Assembly (NCBI GenBank): GCA_951406725.2
Contig: OX597816.1
Span: 171,120,001 to 171,184,000, forward strand
Direction: 5' to 3'
DNA: 64,000 nucleotides
From: Octopus vulgaris
Lineage: Eukaryota
Numbering within the stretch: position 1 is the stretch's first letter; each line of letters begins with the position of its first letter. The position numbers and the translations under genes were made by a program. The notes beneath the pieces are model-generated. The model searched no databases. It was not told where the DNA came from and was given only the letters and a program-made list of their open reading frames with translations. This document shows, one piece after another, positions 54,777-64,000 of this stretch.

Positions 54777-56864
54777 CTGCAATTAACAACACAAAATAGA
54801 CATTTCTTCATATCATTCAACAAGTACCTTCTACCACCATATTGAGCAATACATAAATGTGTGATACCATATAGGATACATACGTATATACATAAACATT
54901 AAAATATCTATATATGGAAGAAAATGCAAAACAACAAGAAAGTGAAAGCTAAAATGCTTCAAAATTTCATTTCATACATTTGCTTTTACTGTCACAAATT
55001 TAATACTAAAGGTAAAACTTTTAGTGAAAAAGAGATCACAGGTAAATGAAAAGAAAACTTTTTAGCTAGATGGTGAATTATTGCATGGACACTAATCATA
55101 ACATAAGGACATAGGGAGTGAGAAACATGGGGAAGGAGGAGAGATAGAGAAAGTTGTGAGCAGGCAGAAAATTTTATTTTTGAATTAGTCATGCAAAGGA
55201 CAATTTATGAAGTAAAGAATGCTTTAACAAACCTATATATATTAGTACACAAACACACACAAACACATATATACATACATACACAGAAATGTACACATAT
55301 GCAAGAATCCATATATAGACACATGTATGTGTATACACACACACAAATACATTTTAAATACTCTCACATACATAGATACATACAGACAGCTGCATTAGCA
55401 AGACTTTATAGAAAGCAACAGAAAGAGTGAGTAATTTTCAGGGAATAGAGTATGTTTCAGGTAGGGTTTTCCTTCAGGTTTGTAATGTCAGGGAAAAGGT
55501 GGATGAAAGACATCCTTTATGTTTGAGCAATTGGCTGCAAGTGACGGGGAACACAAAACAATGAGTAAGCTTACAAAGGCAGGAGGCAGGAGGCAGTAGG
55601 AGAGAGAAACCAGGTGAGAAAGAGAGATGGGGAGAAGGAATAGGAAATGAAAAGTAGAAGAGAAGTGAATAAGGGTGAGGTGGAAGAAAGATTTCAGGAT
55701 AACAATAAAACTGAGAGGCACAGACTACCACTACACAAACAAGCAGTAACTAATTACGAATTAACAACAGTAATGAGATTGAAGAATATAAACTGGAAGC
55801 AGGGTTCACAACAAAACTTAAATAAATCTTTACCATCTACATTAATAAACAATTACATGAGAGAATAATAACATGAGAGACTAAAACTGGAATTGAAAGC
55901 AAAACCTACCAATCTCATATTAGTGATGGATGATGTAACTAAGATACAACTGGTAGATTTTTAGACATCAAATACTTTAGTATACTATGCAGCAATTATC
56001 AGTCATCAACAGATGGGATAATGAGAAAAGAAAACAACCAAAATGGATGACCACTTTTAAGACAAATATCAACAAACTAAGAAAAAGTGCAAAGTGAATA
56101 GTAAATTAACTAACCAGAAGCAGTGACTTAACTGTGGATTATCTAAAGCTTATGAGAACTGTCAAGCAGAGACACTAATGGACAAGCTGTCCTTAAACAC
56201 AAACTGTGGGCAGTAAACGATAAACTTTGTTATTGTAATATACAGTTTGAATGCTAGGTCATCCCATCAAGATCATAAAAAAAAACTCCTCCCCAAGATG
56301 ACATAGAGTCTGGAATGTAAAGAAATAACACAACTACAATGCAACATAGTTAAGTGAGCACTGTGCAAATGTCTCCTAAAACTTATGCAAACAACTTTAT
56401 GTCAACAAGTGCCATGCAAAACTACTGAATGGAAAATCACCTAGGAAAGACCTGGTAATCATTTGTTGGTAAGGAAATCTCACATCCTATAGAACAGCCC
56501 TTATTAACCTGTCCAAGTAACGAATACTGAGATTGATGAGCGAGACTAGCTGACAGTTGCATGTACAAGACTAGAAGCTAAAAAACCAGGAGATACATGT
56601 GGTCAAAATCTACAGGCTCATAACATGGTTCAATGTGATGTATAAATTATACACAGGTCACTTTACCATATTCCTCTAGCATTCCTGTAAAAGAGACAGT
56701 GTGATGGCTGATGAGCAAGCAAGAGGAAAGAAAGAATTTGAAGCTGGGTCAAACAACTCCACACCAACAAGCTGTTGCTAAGGAGTCTAGACAGCACTGC
56801 TGAAACTGACAGTGGTCTATATATAGGGTGAGTGATTACATACATATACATACACACATCATAG

Positions 56865-57227
56865 GCACACAGGCATCAGTGTGTGGTTAAGAGGTTCAAA
56901 GTGTCTTTTATTATATATTTCTTTATTGCCCACAAGGGGCTAAACATAGAGGGGACAAATAAGGACAGACAAAGGGATTAAGTCGATTACAACGACCCCA
57001 GTGCGAAACTGGTACTTTATTTATCGACCCCAAAAGGATGAAAGGCAAAGTCGACCTCGGCGGAATTTGAACTCAGAACGTAGCGGCAGATGAAATAACG
57101 CTAAGCATTTCACCCGACGTGCTAACGATTCTGCCAGCTCGCCGCCTTAAAAGTGTCTTTTATTATAGCCTTGAAGTGACCAAAGCCTTGTAAATGGATT
57201 TGGTAGATGGAAACTGAAAGAAGCCTA

Positions 57228-57230
<3 letters not shown>
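56865..57230. mobile_element. SINE A (minus strand, 56916-57149) nested in an old SINE B head
   Basis: 18-bp TSD aaagtgtcttttattata at 56898-56915 and 57150-57167. Confidence 0.88.
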
Positions 57231-57267
<37 letters not shown>

Positions 57268-58950
57268 GTAGCAACAGCTCTGTCCTTGAGCATTCATCCA
57301 AAAGAAAATTTCAGCCAGGCTGTGGATGAACACACCTTTAGATATAATGGACAGCAATGCTTTACTGATGCTGTTGGAGATGTATACATATAAGCATCCA
57401 GTGTTGTTCTCCCAATGTAAGCTTAAATGAATGACAAGTATAGCTACGAAAGAATAATGCAACCACACACGGTACAAGTGAGATTATCTCTGGACCCTCT
57501 ATCATGCAGACCTTCACAGCCAACAGTTTTCAAACAGCATGTTTCACTGTTTGATAGAAAATTCAGATTTTCTTCAGTTGCCAGCCATTGTCTCTAATTA
57601 TAGAACTGCCATGTGCATTTATCCAATGTGAAATGTTCCCAATGAACAAAGCTGGTATTTAAGAACTAAGGGTAAAAATTTTTGTGATGTTAGGAAATCT
57701 CTTTTTGGTTTGTGCTGAGTTAGCTTACCAACAAATAATTCTCCAGAAAGTAATCACTTCAGACACCTGAAATCATAAAAATGGATGACATGACCAATCT
57801 ATTGTATATGGTAATTGATGAGGTGAGCTTCATACTGAAACAGCCCACCTTTAATAGCACTTCAGTATCAGGTGTAAAAGGATTTCCAAGTGATGTTTAA
57901 TATACACATTAGACACTTAGGATGAAATCTCTCAAGTATTTAGACATATCGTCTATATAGTGTCCATGTTTCAAATGAGAATAGTAGGGATGTGAAAGGA
58001 AAAATACAGATGAAAGCACAAATCATAGATGCAAAGCTATTTCACCAATCTCAGATAGATGAAAAGTAAAATTAGCCTCGGTAGGATTTGAACTCAGAAC
58101 AAATACTGAAGGCATTTTATCCAACACTAATGATTCTGGTACAAATAAAACAATGCCAACACTGGTAAGTACAAGCTGAAGACAAATAATGAACTAGCAT
58201 TTTATAGTTATCTTCTATCATCACTAGAATGACTTTGAGTGCTGATTCCATCACCTAATGTACTTGATTTGAAAATCACAGAATTAAACATACTGAAAAG
58301 TTGTTGTTTTTTTTAATAAGTCTCCAATTTAACTCTTCAGCAGACAACAAAAAAATACTCATTTTAGACAACATCATACAATAAAAATACATCTAGGAGC
58401 TTGGAATTAAGTTTGTAACTATTCAGAATAGTCACAAGCTTAATGAAGGTGGCAAGCTGGCAGACTCGTTAGCACACCACGCAAAAATGCTTAATGACAT
58501 TTCATCTGTCTCTACATCCTGAGATCAAATTCTGCTGAGGTTGACTTTGCCTTTCATCCTTTAGTTGAGCACTGGAGTCAATGTAATTGAATTAACTCCT
58601 TCTCCCAAACTCATTGGCCAAATGCCAAAATTTTGAAACGAATAGTTACAAACTTAATTCCAAGTTAAGAATTATATATAATTAACTAAATAACTAAACT
58701 TACATCACAAGATGTAAAATTTTACAATAAAGAATTATAGAATTCAGAAAAGGATTATAGAATTGTTTTTAGGCTTCACCAAATGAAAAAGAATTAGCAT
58801 ATATTTGCAAAAAATTCATTTGGTTTCAGCAAAAAAATCTCAGGTAGCCAGAATAAATGATAAAAGGATGAAGTGTGAGAAAATAAACAAAGCCGAAAGA
58901 TCTGTATCAATTATACTTCAGACAGAAACAAACACAGGGATACTACGCAC

Positions 58951-59005
58951 CAGACTTAATTCTTTCAGATGATCTTTCAAAGTGTACACTGTGTCAACCA
59001 GTCCC
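58951..59005 (-). CDS. ARHGEF7: beta-PIX/ARHGEF7-like RhoGEF, penultimate exon (55 nt)
   Basis: AG|G GGA CTG...CTG|GT encodes GLVDTVYTLKDHLKELSL (cf. SLVDTVYALKDEVQEL). Phases fit both neighbouring exons. Confidence 0.9.
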
Positions 59006-59559
59006 CTACAAATAAGAATAAACAATGCAATGTTATATTTGTCCTGAAACAAATATTCGGTAGATTTACATCTCTGTGAGAAGAGAAAGTGTCGAGAGCA
59101 CCTTAAATATATGAATGAAGTCTAAACAAGTCTAAACAAGCTTGTTTGTATCAAATTAAAACTGACACCTCAACCTAACGAACAATGAATCCACAGCAGT
59201 TCGACAATTTCTGAGATAACATATGTTTGTTGGAAATAAATGCATAATTCATTACAATATCACATAATTCATTACAGAGGTCAATCAAACACCTTGCATT
59301 TGTACATGTGTTTGTGCAACAATGCATGTACCCCCTGCATATATATATCTTGCTTTAAATTCTCACTTCTCCCTCTTTATCTGACCTGGCCCTCATCACC
59401 TTTTTCCTATTTCAACTGATGTAGGAGTCTCTTACAAATGTTACTCTTCCTCTCTGAACTTCAACCTCCGACACACAGCCCCTAACCACATAAACACCTC
59501 ATACATATTTCCATCCCCCATTTTTCTCCATACCAACATGGTGGACTACTATATTCATG

Positions 59560-59857
59560 TCATGGCACGTAAAAAGCACCATCCGTTCGTGGCCGTTGCC
59601 AGCGCCGCCCCAACTGGCCTCATGCCGGTGGCACATAAAAAGCACCATCCGATCGTGGCCGTTTGCCAGACTCGTCTGGCATGTAAAAAGCACCCACTAC
59701 ACTCATGGAGTGGTTGGCGTTAGGAAGGGCATCCAGCCGTAGAAACATTGCCAGATCAAACTGGGCCTGGTGCAGCCTTCTGGCTTCCCAGACCCCAGTT
59801 GAACCGTCCAACCCATGCCAGCATGGAAAGCGGACGCTAAACGATGATGATGATGAT
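59560..59857 (+). mobile_element. SINE family D with internal tandem repeats
   Basis: Three ggcaYRtaaaaagcacc units followed by the family D tail. Confidence 0.85.
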
Positions 59858-60817
59858 TCAATTTAGAAGTCCACCATGGACCTGATTGACAACACTTCTA
59901 TACTCTCTCTCTTTCAAGTATAAAGTTCATTAAATACAATAAATACACGCCATTAGATGTTTGAAAGTTATCAGAACCACACACACACACACACACACAA
60001 TAACTGCCATTCTGTAACATTTCTAAGGCTTTTGGTCTCACCATCAAAACTTGAAGACTAAAAGCAAAACATTTTTTAATATCACGTTATCTTGAAGAGC
60101 AGATATACCATGATGCAACATTTTCGATAGCTTCCAAAATTTCCTTTACATTATTATCTTGGTGGTTTTCCCTTGATTTTTCAAACAAGCCCTAGAAGGA
60201 GATTCTGTCTACTAATTGGATGAATAATCTCCATTAACTGACGTTTCGCATCTCACTATATTCCTTTGACTATATACATTATCAATATGATGACAAGCAG
60301 CTGGTTTTACAAAATTAGTCCTGAGTATGTTTGAAATGGAGGCTTTAGCACATGCTGTTTGCAGTAATGACTAATTTAACATGTAGGAAGTCACATTACA
60401 ATTCTCATACACTAGAGTATGCAAATTGGCTAGCTATTTATCTCTCTCTCTCTAACACATACACATGCAACAGTCTCTTATATAAATAGGAACAAATTCA
60501 GTTTTACATACATAAAATTTGATAGAAATAAATATTTGTAAATACATTCAAATATTCAATATACATTATATGACAATATAGCAAACTGATTTCAATTTTG
60601 TAATCTTACAGTCACCATAATAAAGCTACATTAACCCTTTCATGACCAACCCAGCTGAAACCGGTTCTGGCTCTGTAGTATAAATGTCTTGTTTTCATAA
60701 GTTCTGAATTAAAATCAGATACATCACACCTCACTTAAAAACCTACACTCTTGCTGTCCAGGAACAGGAAATAGCAACTAAATATCTAATCAGCAGAAGA
60801 AGTAAAGGTGCCTTTAA

Positions 60818-61038
60818 CCCTTTCGTTACCAACCTGGCTGAAACCGGCTCTGGCTCTGAGTACAAATGTCTTGTTTTCATAAGTTCTGAATTAAAATCTT
60901 CCCCCAAACCTTAGTCACAATTTATGTTCCTAACATCAGCTGAATGATAACTAAGTTATTTTACTAAATTCTTTGTTATATTTAAGATTAATTGAAAGAA
61001 ACACAGAGCATCTCAAAATAAATACAGTAATGAAAGGG
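60818..61038. mobile_element. piggyBac-type MITE (TTAA TSD, CCC...GGG)
   Basis: TTAA|CCCTTTCGTTAC ... GTAATGAAAGGG|TTAA. A truncated left-end copy lies at 60635-60716. Confidence 0.85.
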
Positions 61039-61841
61039 TTAACTTATTTCAACTGCTCCACCATACACTTCACAGTTTTAGTCATTCTCATCAAAAGTTG
61101 CAAAATGTTGATGTATGTTCATATGAGATACTTTGGATGGTTTTACAATAAGAACCCTAGTCCTATCAATAGTCTAAATATTAGAATATTTTCAACTTGG
61201 AAGAATCAGTCAAACCATAAGAGATAATTCAACCTCCATCAACAGCCCCAATTCCAGAGCAGAGCATACTGAATTTTAATGATAAAAACTTCATGTGAAT
61301 CACTGCCAGAATGATCTCATAATGTGTTCTTTCACAATATCATGTATTTCGAAGTCCCTATACACTATTATCAGATACTTGTTAACCCAATGCTGGACTC
61401 ATCTGTATTATCAGCAGGTTTTGCTTTTTATCTTGTTGGGTTTCTAATAACCTACCAGCAGTTGAGACTGTTATTGCTAACCAATAACCTGACCACATAA
61501 TAGGTTGCAGTGAATTCACTGCAACCTACAAATTACTAGTAGCCTTCAAAGTAACTTGGCAAAAAAAGTTACATCAATATTTAATAAACAAGCTAAACAC
61601 CTGAATTCAGTGAGTCTAAAAATTGTTTCGGATCACATTTATTGCTATTTATCATTAACCACCTTAACTCAGTTGCAACTTTCAAAAAATGCAATAAATT
61701 TCAACTTGTTCTGTTCTAGATATATCACAAAACTTTATATAACCATTTCTTTTTTTAATTATCAAAAAACACAAAATTTGTATTAATCATATTGAAAATG
61801 AAAACCTTAAAAAACAATATTGACAAAAAACATAGACATAC

Positions 61842-61926
61842 TTTTCCTTGAAGACGAATTCTTCCCCGTCCACATCATCAATTATTTTTTCCTCTTCAGC
61901 GATAAGCACATGGGGGCTATATATTG
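61842..61926 (-). CDS. ARHGEF7: beta-PIX/ARHGEF7-like RhoGEF exon (GIT-binding region, 85 nt)
   Basis: CAG|..IYSPHVLIAEEEKIIDDVDGEEFVFKE-K|GTATGT (cf. PQVLLPEEEKII...EEK). Confidence 0.88.
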
Positions 61927-63816
61927 CTGGAAGCCATTAAAAGCAAATTAATAGTTACAATTTATTATACAAAAGTCAAATGCTATTTCCATAATTTTTC
62001 TTCTTAAAAATATATAAAGCTTTAAAATAGAATATAACATGTAAAATATGAGACCAGATCTAAACTTTTAAAACAAAATTTTTAATGCAATTCTTAAAGG
62101 TGAAAGAAAAAATATTTGACTTCAGAAAATACAATTAAAAGAACAGCTTCATTGAGATATGTAATATGACAAATAAGATTAAAAAATGGCAAGCAATCAG
62201 AAAAATAAATTGCCAATTTTCTTTTTAATAGAAAATATTAAAGGTGTACATTATGTGAGAGTTTAAAAAAATACGTAGTTATATTTATTATTGAGAGAAA
62301 AGGCAGCATGTACATGCATCTGTAGATCTGATCCACAAAAGAAATTTAGAATTGATTCTAAGTTTATCTGTGAAACAATCAAAAGGGGATTCTGATACCA
62401 GATATGACATGAAATATTCAAAGAAGCAGAAGTCAGAAAAGAATGACCTCTACAAAAATAACAAGAATTATGTTTTAGCTGCTATCATATTTAAAAAACA
62501 AAATTTTAAGCAAGATTGAAAACCAAAGAAAACAAACAACAGAAACTGTAATATGGCTTATTCAAATTCACTAAGACAAATATCTTTGCATGCTTAGCAA
62601 CTGTTCAAATAAAGTTAAAAGCATCTTTCAAAATCGTATTTCAGTAAATCCTTAATTAAATCAACAGTGAAAACATTAAAGCTTTTGATAAAATTAATTA
62701 AAAAATATCCAATGTTGATGGTGTGAGGTTACTAATCATGTTATTCAAGAAAAGAATTTAGAATTTCTTGGCAAAATTCAATATAGAATTTGAAAATTTC
62801 ATTTTACATCAGAAACTTGAATAAAATCTTAGAGACAGTAATTGGCTAATTTTCTTTAGTAAGAGTCCGATATCAGAGGATTACCTTTACTTAAGAGCTT
62901 AGCTTTCATAAGAGAAACACTAAAAACTGTTCTAGTATGTTGAATTTCTATAATACCTGGTTGAAAGTTGTTTCTAGAAAGATAAGGGAACTAAGCAGTG
63001 AGGTTAAAACTCAAAGCTGGTTCTGAAGGACATGATGATGTGGGGTTAGGGTTAACCATACCAAAATCAAATGGATGCTGTGATGAAGACAGTGATGACA
63101 TTTTGAATACACATTTTCCTTTTTTAAATACAGAGGGTACAAAAAAAGTGTATGAGTGAATTACAAATGGTCGTTTCAGGCCCATTAATATCATGGCACA
63201 AATTTATTGCTAAATCTGAGAAAATACATTGTAAACAATTACCTTTAAAATTTGCATAAATTCTTGGGGGGTAAAAACTCGAAATGATAAGTTTAAGAAC
63301 AAAAATACAAATGTGACAATTGCACTCTGTTAGAATGATTGTAAGCATTAAAATCAGACATCCCTGTATTTACATTTACTTCATTATCTTATAACAATTT
63401 GCTATCAAAGACTTGCCATGTGTATTACAAACTATATTACAAATTCCTCTCCCAGTTGAGAGATCATTGTTTTGAAGGTGCTGGTGCCACATAAAATGCA
63501 CTTATACCAGTGTCACATAATATGCACCCATGCTAGTTACACATAGAAGGCCCCCCAGCACACTCTGTAAAGTTGTTAGTGTTAGGGGTGGGCATTCAGC
63601 TGCAGAAACCATGCCAAAACAGACAACTGGAGCCCGGCCAGCTCCTGTCAAACCATCCAACCAATGGAAAACATACATTAAATGATGGTGATGATGATAG
63701 GCACAGGGCCGAAAATTTGAGGGGACAGAGATAGTAATTACATCAACCCCAGCGCTCAACCCTAAAAGATTGAAAAGCAATGTTGATCACAGCAGAATTT
63801 AAACCCAGACTGTAAA

Positions 63817-64000
63817 TCATCATCATCATAATTTTGTGTCTGTTGTCCATGTTGGCATGGGTTGGATAATTTCACTGGTCTGGCATGCTGGGAGGCTGCA
63901 CCAGACTCCAGTCTGATTTGGCATGGTTTTCTATGGCTAGATGCCCTTCCTAATGCCAACCACTCTGTGAGCGTAATGGGTGCTTTTATGTGCCACTGGC
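63817..64000 (-). mobile_element. SINE family D (cut by window end)
   Basis: Reverse complement of the family D tail. Confidence 0.8.

Noticed and set aside
59410-60300. Partial HHR-like words (ctgatgtaggag at ~59416; gacgtttcg at ~60240)
   Set aside because: Stems I and II cannot be completed.

Overview
AT-rich, repeat-saturated animal genomic DNA. The tRNA-like SINE families and very dense (TA)n/(CA)n microsatellites resemble an octopus/cephalopod genome (inference). The only host gene I can support is the 3' end of a beta-PIX/ARHGEF7-type RhoGEF on the minus strand: three coding exons at 61926-61842, 59005-58951 and 54776-54651. The rest is transposon debris: Helitron, Tc1/mariner, hAT, Gypsy, CR1-type and RTE LINEs, a Penelope-like GIY-YIG fragment, Merlin- and piggyBac-type MITEs and four SINE families. 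The most notable signal is a set of unrelated non-coding repeats that each carry a type I hammerhead ribozyme (HHR). One is a 492-bp head-to-tail array with a terminal inversion (33276-34829) whose HHR has a very long G.U-rich stem II. Two others are terminally redundant 362-bp and 308-bp units (26033-26430, 48859-49185) whose HHRs have a U3-A8 core swap. These look like retrozyme or Penelope-pLTR-type elements that could produce self-cleaving and possibly circular RNAs. A LINE-SINE pair also shares a 3' stem-loop with a compensatory base change. All calls were made by eye, with no database search or folding run.
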